From Solirubrobacterales bacterium (GTDB lineage: Bacteria > Actinomycetota > Thermoleophilia > Solirubrobacterales > 70-9): a stretch of 48,960 nucleotides of DNA. The DNA is taken from the NCBI GenBank assembly GCA_036557385.1, contig DATBHQ010000134.1, forward strand, positions 1 to 48,960. The letters are read 5' to 3'. The notes under the pieces are model-generated. The model saw only the letters and a program-made list of their open reading frames with translations, ran no database searches and was not told where the DNA came from. The translations under genes were made by a program, and so were the position numbers. How positions within the stretch are numbered: position 1 is the stretch's first letter; every line of letters starts with the position of its first letter. Below, piece after piece: positions 33,375-43,660 of the stretch.

Positions 33375-34124
33375 GTGGGAATGCCCAAGCTCAAGCTCGA
33401 CACGACTCACGTAGTCATCGCTGACTCGGATCCGCTCGCCCGGCGCGTCGTTCGTGACGCGCTGCAGGACCGCACCGGGTTCGTGATTCCCGCGGAGGCC
33501 TCGACGGGCTCCGAGGCCATCGAGCTCTCCCTCCACTACCGCCCCGACGTGACCTTGATGGAGACCTCGCTTCCCGGGGTCGATGGGCTCACCGCAACGC
33601 GACGGATCCACGAGCTGGCCCCCGAGGTTCGCGTCCTCATCCTGTCGCGAGACGACCAGGAGGACGTTCAGCTGCAGGCGCTGCAGGCCGGAGCCGCTGG
33701 ATTCGTCTCCAAGAACGTTCCGGTCGAGACCGTGTCCCGGGTGGTGAAGAGCGTGGTGCGCGGTGAGGCCGCCGTGTCGCGGAAGCTGACGATGCGACTG
33801 GTCGAGCGGCTGCGTCATCTTCCGGAGGGCGGTGTGGGCATGCGGCCGGTGCAGAGCCCGCTGACCGAGCGCGAGTGGGAGGTCCTTGACCTTCTCTGCC
33901 AAGGGAAGAACACGAGGGAGATCGCCGAGACGCTGGTGCTCTGCGAGGAGACGGTCTACAGCCACTCCAAGAACGTCCTGCGAAAGCTCAACGTGCACAC
34001 CCGCGAGGAGGCCGTGGCGGCTGCGACGCAGCTTCGCCAACCGATAGTCGGGCTCGCGGACAGCGCCGGAGCGGCCGGCGACACCCCGCCGGCACTGAAA
34101 CTGGCCGAGAGCTCCAGCCGCTAG
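33375..34124 (+). CDS. LuxR/NarL-family response regulator, atypical with Glu at the phospho-acceptor position; paralog of 13408-14085
   Basis: RPDVTLMETSLPGVDG, ILSRDD, GFVSKN. HTH: LTEREWEVLDLLCQGKNTREIAETLVLCEETVYSHSKNVLRKLNVHTREEAV. The real start is probably ATG 33381 (MPKLKL). Confidence 0.8.
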   Translation: MGMPKLKLDTTHVVIADSDPLARRVVRDALQDRTGFVIPAEASTGSEAIELSLHYRPDVTLMETSLPGVDGLTATRRIHELAPEVRVLILSRDDQEDVQLQALQAGAAGFVSKNVPVETVSRVVKSVVRGEAAVSRKLTMRLVERLRHLPEGGVGMRPVQSPLTEREWEVLDLLCQGKNTREIAETLVLCEETVYSHSKNVLRKLNVHTREEAVAAATQLRQPIVGLADSAGAAGDTPPALKLAESSSR

Positions 34125-34136
34125 GCACCGGCCAGC

Positions 34137-35351
34137 TCAGCGGCGGGCGTGCCGCCGCCGATTGAGCTTCCTCCAGCCGAAGACTCCTCGCCGCGCCAGG
34201 CTGGTCATCGCCGGGACCCGGGACCCAGCGTGAATCAGCTTGAGGTAGGCGAGGGGAGGCAGCCGGCGGAGAAAGGAGGAGCGCCGGCGACTCATCAGCT
34301 CGGCCAGTCGCGGGGCGCCGAGGCGCGCATAGCGATCGACGTGCTCGAACCAAGCGGCGCTGTTGCGCGCGGCGCGCTGAGCCTCGACCAGGTCGCCCGA
34401 TCGCTGCTTGCCGTACGCCCTGAGCGCCGAGGGGACGTCGACCTGGTCGCGGAGGGCGGTGGCGAGCCCGATCGCGTCCTCGAGCGCCAAGCGCGTGCCG
34501 GAGCCGATGGTGAAGTGGGTCGTGTGGGCGGCGTCTCCCATCAACGCCAGGTTGCCGTGGTACCAGCTGCGGTTGGTGACGGTCCGAAACTCGAGCCAGG
34601 GCGTGAGATCACGCGTTCCGACCTGGGGCTCGAGAGGGTGACCGTCCAGGCTCGCCTCGAAGATCTCCTCGAGGAGCCTCATGGTCCGATCCGGCGGCAG
34701 TCCGTCGAAGCCGAGGTCCCGCCAGGTCTCCGGCGAGGTCTCGACGATGAATGTGCTGCCCGCCGAATCGAAGCCGTAGGCGTGCGCCCAGACGAGCCCC
34801 GCCTCGGTGTTGACGAACGGGAAAGTGAACGAGTCGAACACCTTGCTCGTCCCCAGCCAGATGTAGCGGTTTCGACCGCGGACGACCCTCGTCCCGAAGT
34901 GAGGTGCTCGCTGTTGGCGCAGGTGGCTGTTCGCTCCGTCGCTCGCAACGACGAGGTCGCTGCCGGCAAGCTCTGAGACGTCTTCGGCTTCGCGGCCGAA
35001 GACGAGCTCCACTCCCACCGCCCGGGCCCGCTCGACCAGGATGTCGAGCAGCGTCTGCCGGCGCACGCTGTAGCCGTGGCCCGGCTCGCGGATCGGCGGT
35101 GCGGCATCGACCCGCAGGGTCAGGTCGGACCAGCGGAACGCATTGGCGCGGACCTGACGCGCCGTCTCCGGATCGGTTCCCTCGAGATCTTCGAGCAGCC
35201 CGTCCCAGAAGACGACTCCCCACCCGTAGGTGGTCCCCTCGCGGCCTCTCTCGATCACGGTGACCGCATGGTCAGGGCCGAGGCGCTTCGCGAGGATTGC
35301 GAAATACAGCCCTGCGGGACCGCCTCCCACACAGGTGATCTTCCTCCCCAC
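34137..35351 (-). CDS. FAD-dependent aromatic-ring-hydroxylase-type monooxygenase
   Basis: KITCVGGGPAGLYFAILAKRL (GxGxxG at the N-terminus) and ALMGDAAHTTHFTIGSGTRLALEDA (the GD / G-x-G FAD motif). GTG 35351 chosen, because the longer ORF would overlap the divergent gene. Confidence 0.75.
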   Translation of the reverse strand: MGRKITCVGGGPAGLYFAILAKRLGPDHAVTVIERGREGTTYGWGVVFWDGLLEDLEGTDPETARQVRANAFRWSDLTLRVDAAPPIREPGHGYSVRRQTLLDILVERARAVGVELVFGREAEDVSELAGSDLVVASDGANSHLRQQRAPHFGTRVVRGRNRYIWLGTSKVFDSFTFPFVNTEAGLVWAHAYGFDSAGSTFIVETSPETWRDLGFDGLPPDRTMRLLEEIFEASLDGHPLEPQVGTRDLTPWLEFRTVTNRSWYHGNLALMGDAAHTTHFTIGSGTRLALEDAIGLATALRDQVDVPSALRAYGKQRSGDLVEAQRAARNSAAWFEHVDRYARLGAPRLAELMSRRRSSFLRRLPPLAYLKLIHAGSRVPAMTSLARRGVFGWRKLNRRRHARR

Positions 35352-35384
35352 CCCCCGGAGGCTAGACCCTCCTAGATTTGAGGG

Positions 35385-36506
35385 ATGACCACGGCCCGCT
35401 GGCTGAACACCGGGAGGCTGTCGGCGCGGGAGGTGGAGCGCTGGGCTGAGCTTGGACGCGCGGCCGCGTGCCCGAATCCGTTCTATGAGCCCGACTTCGT
35501 CCTTCCCGCCCTCGAGCATTTCGGGGGGAGGGAGCTCGAACTGCTCGTCGCTCTGGACCACGCCGGCGGCTGGGTGGGGCTCATGCCGGTCGAGCGGCGG
35601 CGACGCTGGGGGCGACTCCTCGGCGCGGCGCTGACGGGCTGGAAGCATGTGCACTGCTTCCTCGAGTCACCGCTGCTAGCGCGCGGCTCGGAGGACGTCG
35701 CCGCCGAGGCGATGCTTCGCGAGGCGCGCCAGGAGGCGCCGCTCATCGCCTTCGACCGCCTCCCGGTCGACGGCCCTGCGGCAGCGGCCCTCGCCTCGGC
35801 CTGTCGCGGGATCGGCGCGAAGCCGATCATCTGGAAGACGTTCGAGCGGGCGGCGCTGAAGCGGCGCCCGGAGGACGATTACGTTCGCTCGACCGTGGGC
35901 AGCAAGCACTTCCGCGACCTGCGGCGAAAGGGCAGGAAGCTCGAGAGCAAGCTCGGCGAGCTGGCGGTCGTCGAGCGCGCCGGCGATCCACAGGCCGTAG
36001 AGGACTTCCTCACGCTCGAAGCGTCCGGCTGGAAGGGCGATGCGGGCACGGCGCTGGCGGGCGGCCCGGGAGCCGGGTTCTTCCGGGCAATCTGCGAACG
36101 GTTCGCCGACGGGGAGCGCCTCCAGATGCTCGCGCTGCAGGCGGGGGATCGGGTCGTCGCGATGCAATCCGCCCTGAAAGCAGGCGAAGGCCTCTTCTGC
36201 TTCAAGATCGCGTACGACGAGTCGCTGGGACGATTCTCGCCGGGGACGCGGCTCATGGCGGAGACCGCCAGCGAGTTCCACCGCCGCTCGGAGCTGCAAT
36301 GGGTCGACTCCTGCGCGAAGCCCAACAGCGAGCCGATGGAGCGCCTCTGGCCGGACCGCCGGGAGCTGTCGACCATCCTGGTCCCGGGGGCGGGCGCGAA
36401 GGGTGGAGCCGTGTCACTCGAGGCCAAGGTCGCCGCGCGGCTCAGGGCGGCACTCCGCTCGGGTGAGAACGGGCACCGGCCGGCGCCGGTCTCTACGGCA
36501 GGTTGA
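35385..36506 (+). CDS. CelD/BioF2-like GNAT (FemAB-like fold) protein, second copy in the window
   Basis: VERWAELGRAAACPNPFYEPDFVLPAL, FLTLEASGWKG, FKIAYDESLGRFSPGTRLMAETASEF and RLWPDRRE are family-typical strings. Confidence 0.7.
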   Translation: MTTARWLNTGRLSAREVERWAELGRAAACPNPFYEPDFVLPALEHFGGRELELLVALDHAGGWVGLMPVERRRRWGRLLGAALTGWKHVHCFLESPLLARGSEDVAAEAMLREARQEAPLIAFDRLPVDGPAAAALASACRGIGAKPIIWKTFERAALKRRPEDDYVRSTVGSKHFRDLRRKGRKLESKLGELAVVERAGDPQAVEDFLTLEASGWKGDAGTALAGGPGAGFFRAICERFADGERLQMLALQAGDRVVAMQSALKAGEGLFCFKIAYDESLGRFSPGTRLMAETASEFHRRSELQWVDSCAKPNSEPMERLWPDRRELSTILVPGAGAKGGAVSLEAKVAARLRAALRSGENGHRPAPVSTAG

Positions 36507-37248
36507 CGCTGACGCTGACGCCGGGGAGGTCGCCTACGGGCGTCTTCAGCGACGGCACCGTCACCGAGATCTGCGGCGAGCTCTGGGATGGCGTCGAGGA
36601 CTGGGTTGGCGATGACTCGGAAGGTGACGACGATGACTGCTGCTGCGGGGGCACCGTCACCGACGGAAGCTTCGGGAGCTTTGGGAGATTGAGGGGCGGC
36701 GGTTGCGGAGCGCTGGGCCCGGACGACGGAGCCGTCGGCTTGGACGAGGTCGGGGGATCCTGGCGGCCGCCGCCTCCGGGTTGCGGGGATGGATCCGCGG
36801 GCCGATGCGGCATGCGGGCCTCGGGACGGCTGTCCATCGGGGCCTGCGACTCCGCCGGCTGGCCGGGACTACCCAGCGACGTTTGACGATCCACCTGCCC
36901 AGCCTTGATGTCGGGGCCTCGTTTCGCGACGGGCGTCAGCGCAGCCGTCGGGTCGAGCGAACCGAGATCGGCGAATGGCTGCGAAGGATCCGCGGGATCA
37001 GCGCCCGCGGCAAACGCGAACCCGGGGAAACCCGATGAGCGATTGCCGCCGTCGCCCCCGGAGACCAGCCCGCCGACGATCGCCAGGCCGCAGGCGACGA
37101 GAACGGTGATCCAGGCGACCCGGATGGACGCCAGGCCGGCGAGCTTGATTTCGGACGCACCCTTCACCGTGGCGACAGTGTCCGCACTTACCGAATTCTC
37201 GCCCAGGAGAGTTCCTCCCCAGCGGCGGCGCGAGCCGGTCAGATCCAT
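36493..37248 (-). CDS. Membrane-anchored Pro/Ser-rich hypothetical protein
   Basis: Single TM helix IRVAWITVLVACGLAIVGGLV, followed by low-complexity P/S/Q-rich sequence (PPLNLPKLPKLPSVTVPPQQQSSSSPSESSPTQSS). GC3-rich frame. Start set at ATG 37248. Confidence 0.45.
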   Translation of the reverse strand: MDLTGSRRRWGGTLLGENSVSADTVATVKGASEIKLAGLASIRVAWITVLVACGLAIVGGLVSGGDGGNRSSGFPGFAFAAGADPADPSQPFADLGSLDPTAALTPVAKRGPDIKAGQVDRQTSLGSPGQPAESQAPMDSRPEARMPHRPADPSPQPGGGGRQDPPTSSKPTAPSSGPSAPQPPPLNLPKLPKLPSVTVPPQQQSSSSPSESSPTQSSTPSQSSPQISVTVPSLKTPVGDLPGVSVSVNLP

Positions 37249-37367
37249 ACCCCGGGGCCAGAGCGGCGCCGACGGCCGGTGAACCTCTACCTGAGCCCGA
37301 GGGTCTGAGGACCGGGCCCTGATCGCGGCGCTCGCGGTCGGCGCACCCGGCGTGGAATAGTCCGCTC

Positions 37368-38915
37368 GTGCCACCGATTCGGACGATCGAGCTGAGGGCC
37401 GGCGGGCTCACGCTCGCGGACGTCGTCGCGGTCGCGAGGGAGGACGCCCAGGTCGAGCTCGCGGACGACGCCCGCGAGGCGATGCGGGAGAGCGCGGCGA
37501 TCGTGGAGCGGCTCGCCGCCTCCGCGGAGCCAGCGTATGGCGTCTCCACGGGCTTCGGATCGCTCGCCACCACGCCGATCCCGGCCGAGCGCCGGGATCA
37601 GCTGCAACGCGCCCTGATCCGCTCGCATGCCGCCGGGATGGGCGAGCCGGTCGAGCGGGAGGTCGTCCGGGCGATGATGCTGCTGCGGGCGCGGTCGCTC
37701 GCGATGGGATATTCGGGAGCGAGGCCGGAGGTCGCCGAGACGATCGTGGAGATGGTGAACGCCGGGGTCACCCCGGTGGTGCCCGAGCACGGGTCCCTCG
37801 GCGCCAGCGGCGACCTCGCGCCGCTCGCGCACTGCGCCCTCGCCCTGATCGGCGAGGGTGAGATCGTGGATGCGGGCGGGGCCACGCGACCCGCCGCCGA
37901 GGCCCTGGCCGAGGCCGGGATCGAGCCCGTGACGCTGCGCGCGAAGGAGGGCCTGGCGCTGATCAACGGCACCGACGGCATCCTCGCCATGCTGGTCCTC
38001 GCCGTCGAGGAACTGCGCGCGCTCCTTAGCGTCGCCGATCTGACCGCCGCGATGTCCGTCGAGGCCCTGCTCGGAACCGATCGCGCCTTCGCGGAGGACC
38101 TGATCTCGCTGCGGCCGCAGCCCGGGCAGGCGGAGAGCGCCGCGAACATGCGTCGCCTACTCGACGGTTCGCCGATCGTCGCCAGCCACCGCGAGGACGA
38201 CCCCCGCGTCCAGGACGCCTACTCGCTGCGCTGCGCCCCCCAGGTGAACGGCGCCGCCCGGGACGCCCTCACCTACGCCGACGGCGCAGCGAAGGCGGAG
38301 CTCCGTTCCGCGATCGACAACCCGATGGTGCTGCCCGACGGCCGGGTCGAGTCGTGCGGGAACTTCCACGGCGCGCCCCTCGCCCTGGCCTGCGACCTGC
38401 TCGCGATTGCGATCGCGGACGCGAGCGCGATCGCCGAGCGCCGGACGGACCGGCTGCTGGACCCGAGCCGCTCGGAGGGCCTGCCGCCGTTCCTCGCCGA
38501 GGACCCGGGGGTCGACTCGGGGCTGATGATCGCCCAGTACACCCAGGCCGCGATGGTCGCCGAGAACCGCAGGCTCGCGACCCCAGCCGGCGTCGACTCG
38601 CTGCCGACCAGCGCGATGCAGGAGGACCACGTCTCGATGGGCTGGGGGGCGGCCAGGAAGCTGCGGACCGCCGTGGACAATCTTCGGCGCATTCTCGCGG
38701 TCGAGGCGGTCTGCGCCGCGCGGGCGCTCGAGTTGCGCGCTCCCCTCGAGCCCGGAGCCGGGACCGGCGCCGCCCTCGCGGCGATTCGCTCCGCCGGTGT
38801 GCCGGGGCCGGGCGCGGACCGCCATCTCGCTCCCGAGCTCGCGGCGGCGGAAGGGCTGATCGCGGATGGCGGGCTCACGGAGGCCGTCGAGGCCAGGATC
38901 GGGACGCTGCGGTGA
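37368..38915 (+). CDS. hutH: Histidine ammonia-lyase
   Basis: MIO-forming motif [14 protein letters not shown]. Full-length similarity to the HutH pattern ([21 protein letters not shown]). Confidence 0.95.
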   Translation: MPPIRTIELRAGGLTLADVVAVAREDAQVELADDAREAMRESAAIVERLAASAEPAYGVSTGFGSLATTPIPAERRDQLQRALIRSHAAGMGEPVEREVVRAMMLLRARSLAMGYSGARPEVAETIVEMVNAGVTPVVPEHGSLGASGDLAPLAHCALALIGEGEIVDAGGATRPAAEALAEAGIEPVTLRAKEGLALINGTDGILAMLVLAVEELRALLSVADLTAAMSVEALLGTDRAFAEDLISLRPQPGQAESAANMRRLLDGSPIVASHREDDPRVQDAYSLRCAPQVNGAARDALTYADGAAKAELRSAIDNPMVLPDGRVESCGNFHGAPLALACDLLAIAIADASAIAERRTDRLLDPSRSEGLPPFLAEDPGVDSGLMIAQYTQAAMVAENRRLATPAGVDSLPTSAMQEDHVSMGWGAARKLRTAVDNLRRILAVEAVCAARALELRAPLEPGAGTGAALAAIRSAGVPGPGADRHLAPELAAAEGLIADGGLTEAVEARIGTLR

Positions 38916-40573
38916 GCGGCCCCCGCCCGGTGCGAGCGCCCCGCGGGACCGAGCTCTCCGCCAGGGGCTGGCAGCAGGAGGCGGCGCTGCGCATGCTGAT
39001 GAACAACCTCGACCCGGAGGTGGCCGAGGATCCCGACCAGCTGGTCGTGTACGGCGGCACCGGGCGGGCGGCGCGTTCGTGGGACGCCTTCGACGCGATC
39101 GTTCGGTCGCTCCGCGAGCTGGGCGACGACGAGACCCTGCTGGTCCAGTCGGGCAAGCCGGTCGGCGTCTTCCGCACCCACGAGTGGTCGCCGCGCGTCC
39201 TGATCGCGAACTCGAACCTGGTCGGAGACTGGGACAACTGGGACGAGTTCCGGCGCCTGGAGGCCGAGGGCCTGACGATGTACGGGCAGATGACCGCCGG
39301 GTCGTGGATCTACATCGGCAGCCAGGGAATCGTCCAGGGCACCTACGAGTGCTTTGCGGAGATCGCGCGGCGCCGCTTCGACGGATCCCTCGCCGGCACG
39401 ATCTCCCTGACGGCGGGTCTCGGCGGCATGGGCGGAGCCCAGCCCCTGGCGATCACGATGAACGGCGGGGTGGCGCTGTGCCTCGAGGTCGATCCGGCCC
39501 ACCTGCGGAGGCGGATCGAGACCCGCTACCTCGACGAGGAGGCGGACGACCTCGAGGACGCGATCGCCCGCTGCGAGGCGGCCAAGCGCGAGCGGCGCGC
39601 CCTCAGCGTGGGGCTGGTCGCCAACGCGGCGGACGCGCTGCCCGAGCTCCGAAAGATGGGCTTCGAGGCGGACATCGTCACCGACCAGACAAGCGCCCAC
39701 GATCCGCTCAACGGCTACGTCCCCAACCTGATGACGCTGGATCAGGCGCTGCAGCTGCGGGAGGAGGACCCGGGCGAGTACGTGAAGCGCTCCCGCGCCG
39801 CCATCGCGGCCCACTGCGCGGCGATGGTCGGCTTCCTCGACGGCGGCGCCGAGGTCTTCGACTACGGCAACAGCCTGCGGGCCGAGGCCGAGCTCGGCGG
39901 GTTCGAGCGGGCCTTCGCCTATCCCGGCTTCGTCCCCGCCTACATCCGCCCGCTCTTCTGCGAGGGCAAGGGACCATTTCGATGGGTCGCCCTGTCGGGC
40001 GACCCCGCCGACATCGAGGCGACCGACCGAGCGGTGCTCGAGAAGATCCCCGGCGACGAGCCGCTGCGGCGCTGGATCGAGCTTGCCGGCGAGAGGATCG
40101 CCTACCAGGGGCTGCCGGCGCGGATCTGCTGGGCGGGGTACGGGGAGCGCGCCCGCCTCGGACTTCGCTTCAACGAGCTGGTCCGCTCCGGAGAGGTCTC
40201 GGCGCCGATCGTGATCGGCCGTGACCACCTCGACTCCGGCTCGGTCGCCTCGCCCTACCGCGAGACGGAGTCGATGGCCGACGGCTCCGACCCGATCGCC
40301 GACTGGCCCCTCCTCAACGCCCTCGTCAACACGTCGGCCGGCGCCTCCTGGGTGAGCATCCACGACGGCGGTGGCGTCGGCATCGGGCGCTCGCTCCACG
40401 CCGGGATGGTCTGCGTCGCGGACGGCACCGACCTCGCCGCCGAGAAGCTCGAGCGGGTCCTCACCACCGATCCCGGGACCGGGGTGATGCGACACGCGGA
40501 CGCCGGCTACGAGCGGGCGGTCGACGTCGCCGCCGAGCGCGGCGTCCGGCTTCCGATGCAGGACCGAGGGTGA
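38912..40573 (+). CDS. hutU: Urocanate hydratase
   Basis: GTGA overlap with the hutH stop. [65 protein letters not shown]. Characteristic HutU. Confidence 0.95.
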   Translation: MSGPRPVRAPRGTELSARGWQQEAALRMLMNNLDPEVAEDPDQLVVYGGTGRAARSWDAFDAIVRSLRELGDDETLLVQSGKPVGVFRTHEWSPRVLIANSNLVGDWDNWDEFRRLEAEGLTMYGQMTAGSWIYIGSQGIVQGTYECFAEIARRRFDGSLAGTISLTAGLGGMGGAQPLAITMNGGVALCLEVDPAHLRRRIETRYLDEEADDLEDAIARCEAAKRERRALSVGLVANAADALPELRKMGFEADIVTDQTSAHDPLNGYVPNLMTLDQALQLREEDPGEYVKRSRAAIAAHCAAMVGFLDGGAEVFDYGNSLRAEAELGGFERAFAYPGFVPAYIRPLFCEGKGPFRWVALSGDPADIEATDRAVLEKIPGDEPLRRWIELAGERIAYQGLPARICWAGYGERARLGLRFNELVRSGEVSAPIVIGRDHLDSGSVASPYRETESMADGSDPIADWPLLNALVNTSAGASWVSIHDGGGVGIGRSLHAGMVCVADGTDLAAEKLERVLTTDPGTGVMRHADAGYERAVDVAAERGVRLPMQDRG

Positions 40574-41145
40574 GCGTCCGCGAGGTCGTCGAGATCGGCG
40601 ATCCCGTCCTGCGCGAGCGCGCCAGGGAGCTGAGCGCCGAGGAGATCTCCTCCCCGCAGATCCAGGGGCTGATCGACGACCTGATCGAGACCAAGCGCGC
40701 CACGAACGGCGCCGGGATCGCCGCCAACCAGGTCGGCGAGGCGGTCCGGGTCGCGATCGTCGAGGTGGAGGAGCACAACCCACGCTACCCCTACAAGCCG
40801 CCGCACCCGCTGACGGTGATCATCAACCCCGCGATCGAGCCGCTGAGCGACGAGAAGGTCGAGATCAACGAGGGCTGTCTCTCGGTGCCCGACCTGCGCG
40901 GCAGTCTCGAGCGGCACCTCGCGATTCGGGTCCGCTACCTCGATCGCAACGGCGCCGAGCACGAGGAGGTGAAGCGCGGGCTCACCGCGGGAACCTTCCA
41001 ACACGAGGTCGATCACCTCGACGGCATCCTCTTCGTCGACCGCGCGGACCCGCGGACGTTCGCCACCTGGGAGCAGTTCGACCGCTATCAGCGCGAGGAG
41101 TTCGTGCGCCGGGTGACACGGCTCGAGCAGGAGCTCGGGACGTGA
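40570..41145 (+). CDS. def: Peptide deformylase family metallohydrolase embedded in the hut operon
   Basis: All three PDF motifs are intact: [26 protein letters not shown]. There are 4-nt GTGA overlaps with both hutU (40570-40573) and hutF (41142-41145). Confidence 0.85.
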   Translation: MSVREVVEIGDPVLRERARELSAEEISSPQIQGLIDDLIETKRATNGAGIAANQVGEAVRVAIVEVEEHNPRYPYKPPHPLTVIINPAIEPLSDEKVEINEGCLSVPDLRGSLERHLAIRVRYLDRNGAEHEEVKRGLTAGTFQHEVDHLDGILFVDRADPRTFATWEQFDRYQREEFVRRVTRLEQELGT

Positions 41146-42479
41146 GCCCGGTGGAGGCTCTCTGGTGCGAGCTCGCCTGGCTCGGGGGCGAGCAGGCGGA
41201 GGCGGGCGTCGTGATCGGCCTCGAGGACGAGCGAATCGCCTCCGTCGCGGCCGGGGTGTCGGAGCCGCCGGCCAGGGCGACGACCCTCGCCGGGCTGACG
41301 ATCCCGGGGATGGCCAACGCCCACTCCCACGCCTTCCAGCGGGCCATGCGTGGGCGCGTTCAGGCCGAGCGCGGGGACTTCTGGACCTGGCGCCGGCGGA
41401 TGTACGAGATCGCCGAGTCGATCGAGCCCGACGCCTATCTCGCCCTGGCCCGCGCGACCTTCGCTGAGATGGCGCTCGCCGGCATCACCGCGGTCGGCGA
41501 GTTCCACTACCTCCACCACGCTCCCGGCGGCGTGCGATACGCGGACTCGAACGCGATGGGCAGGGCCGTGATCGAGGCGGCGCGCGAGGCGGGGATCCGC
41601 ATCACCCTGCTCGACACCTGCTATCTCCACGGCGGGATCGGGCGGGAGCCGGAGGGCGCCCAGCTCCGCTTCTCGGATGGCACCGCCGATCAGTGGGCCG
41701 AGCGCATCGACGGGCTCGAGCCGACCGGGAGGGCGCGCCTCGGCGCGGCGATCCACAGCGTCCGGGCGGTCGATCCCGAGGCGGCGGCCCGGGTGGCGCA
41801 GGTCGCCGCCGAGCGCTCCTGGCCGCTGCACGCCCACGTCTCCGAGCAACCGGCCGAGAACGAGGACTGCCGGGCCGCCTACGGAACGAGCCCGACCGGG
41901 CTGCTCGCCGAAGCGGGCGCCCTGACGGAGCGCTTCACCGCCGTTCACGCCACCCATCCAGTCGACGACGACTTCCCCCTGCTGGGGGCCAACGACTGCC
42001 GGGTGTGCCTCTGCCCGACCACCGAGCGCGACCTGGCTGACGGCGTCGGGCCCGCGCGTCGCCTCTCCGAGCACGGGATCGGGCTCTGCCTGGGCACCGA
42101 CTCGCACGCCGTGATCGACATGTTCGAGGAGGCGAGGGCGGTGGAGCTGGACGAGCGGCTCGCCAGCGGGCTGCGCGGAGGACATTCCGCCGCCCCGCTG
42201 CTGGCGGCCGCGACCGCGACCGGCTGCGCCGGCATCGGCTGGCCGGAGGGGGGCCGGATCGAGGCTGGGTCGCTCGCCGACCTGGTGACGGTCGGGCTCG
42301 ACTCGGTGCGCCTGGCGGGCGCCTCGCCGGAGCACGCGCTCGAGTCGGTGGTGTTCGCAGCGACCGCCCAGGACGTGCGCAACGTGATCGTGGGCGGGGA
42401 GTTCGTGGTCCGCGACGGCGTCCATCTCCACCTTGACGTCGCCGCCGAGCTGGCCGCTGCGATCGAGGGGCTGCCCTGA
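41142..42479 (+). CDS. hutF: Formimidoylglutamate deiminase
   Basis: [56 protein letters not shown]. Matches the Pseudomonas HutF pattern. Confidence 0.85.
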   Translation: MSPVEALWCELAWLGGEQAEAGVVIGLEDERIASVAAGVSEPPARATTLAGLTIPGMANAHSHAFQRAMRGRVQAERGDFWTWRRRMYEIAESIEPDAYLALARATFAEMALAGITAVGEFHYLHHAPGGVRYADSNAMGRAVIEAAREAGIRITLLDTCYLHGGIGREPEGAQLRFSDGTADQWAERIDGLEPTGRARLGAAIHSVRAVDPEAAARVAQVAAERSWPLHAHVSEQPAENEDCRAAYGTSPTGLLAEAGALTERFTAVHATHPVDDDFPLLGANDCRVCLCPTTERDLADGVGPARRLSEHGIGLCLGTDSHAVIDMFEEARAVELDERLASGLRGGHSAAPLLAAATATGCAGIGWPEGGRIEAGSLADLVTVGLDSVRLAGASPEHALESVVFAATAQDVRNVIVGGEFVVRDGVHLHLDVAAELAAAIEGLP

Positions 42480-43660
42480 TGAGCACGCTGGCGATCGACG
42501 ACATCGGCCTGCTGGTCACCAACGACCCCGCGCTCGGCGAGGGCCCCCTGGGCGTCGTCCGCGGCGCGGCGCTCATCTTCGAGGACGGGCGGGTCACCGC
42601 GGTGGAGCGTGCCGGCACAGCCGCCGACGAGCGCTTCGACGCGGGCGGCCGCTGCGTGATCCCGGGCTTCGTCGACAGCCACACCCACCTCGTGTTCGCG
42701 GGCGACCGAGCCGAGGAGTTCGCCGCGCGGCTGGCGGGGAAGCCGTACGAGGCGAGCGGGATCCGCGTCACCACCGAGGCCACCAGGGCGGCCGGTGACG
42801 GCGAGCTGCGGACGCTCGCCGAGCGCAGGCGAGCCGAAGGAGCGCGGGCGGGGATCACCCAGGTGGAGATCAAATCCGGCTACGGACTCGACGTCGACAC
42901 CGAGCATCGGCTCTGCGAGATAGCGGCGGGCCTGACCGACGAGGTCACGTTCCTGGGCGCCCACGCCGTGCCGCCGGAGTACGAGGGCCACGCCGACGAG
43001 TACGTCGAGCTCGTCCGCGGCGAGATGCTCGCCGCCTGCGCGCCGTTTGCGCGCTGGATCGACGTCTTCTGCGAGCGGGGAGCCTTCGACGAGGACCAGT
43101 CCCGGGCGGTGCTGGAGGCGGGGCGCGCGGCGGGGCTCGGCCTGCGCGTGCACGGCAACCAGTTGGGGCCTGGACCGGGGATCCGGCTGGCCGTCGAGCT
43201 GGGCGCCGCCTCGGTGGACCACTGCACCTACTTCGACGACGCGGACGTCGAGGCGCTGGCGGGGGGCGACACCGTCGCCACCTTCCTCCCCGCCACCGAC
43301 TTCTCGACCCGCCAGCCCTACCCGGACGCGCGCCGGATGATCGATGCCGGTGTAAGCGTCGCGATCGCCACCAACACCAACCCCGGGTCGAGCAACACCA
43401 CCTCGATGGGCTTCTGCATCGCCCTCGCGGTCCGCGACATGGGGATGACGGTCGACGAAGCTCTGCGGGCGGCGACCCTCGGGGGCGCCGACGCCCTGCG
43501 TCGCGAGGACATCGGCCGGCTCGCGCCCGGGGCTCGGGCCGACGCGATGGTGCTGGACGCGGCGTCCTACATCGACTTCGTCTACCGCCCCGGGGTGCCG
43601 CTGGTGGCCGCGAGCTTCACGGCCGGCACTCAGGCTTCGAGGACGACCGCCAGTCCCTGA
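42479..43660 (+). CDS. hutI: Imidazolonepropionase
   Basis: [43 protein letters not shown]. Typical HutI amidohydrolase. Confidence 0.9.
   Translation: MSTLAIDDIGLLVTNDPALGEGPLGVVRGAALIFEDGRVTAVERAGTAADERFDAGGRCVIPGFVDSHTHLVFAGDRAEEFAARLAGKPYEASGIRVTTEATRAAGDGELRTLAERRRAEGARAGITQVEIKSGYGLDVDTEHRLCEIAAGLTDEVTFLGAHAVPPEYEGHADEYVELVRGEMLAACAPFARWIDVFCERGAFDEDQSRAVLEAGRAAGLGLRVHGNQLGPGPGIRLAVELGAASVDHCTYFDDADVEALAGGDTVATFLPATDFSTRQPYPDARRMIDAGVSVAIATNTNPGSSNTTSMGFCIALAVRDMGMTVDEALRAATLGGADALRREDIGRLAPGARADAMVLDAASYIDFVYRPGVPLVAASFTAGTQASRTTASP

Noticed and set aside
38273-40783. Very long antisense or alternate-frame ORFs. Examples: 38273-40783 (-) 836 aa, 41945-44200 (-) 751 aa, 3731-5998 (+) 755 aa, 17600-19189 (-) 529 aa, 6841-7851 (-), 207-1289 (-).
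   Set aside because: They lie opposite or out of frame to genes with unambiguous family motifs (hutU, hutF/hutI, helicase, GT4, SPFH). Their translations are Arg/Pro/Gly/Ala-rich low-complexity sequence. These are typical stop-poor shadow frames of very GC-rich DNA.
43630-43660. A 31-bp convergent overlap between the hutI 3' end and the thiolase 3' end.
   Set aside because: Both proteins have complete conserved cores. Short tail-to-tail overlaps are common in GC-rich genomes with rare stop codons, and there is no evidence of functional significance.
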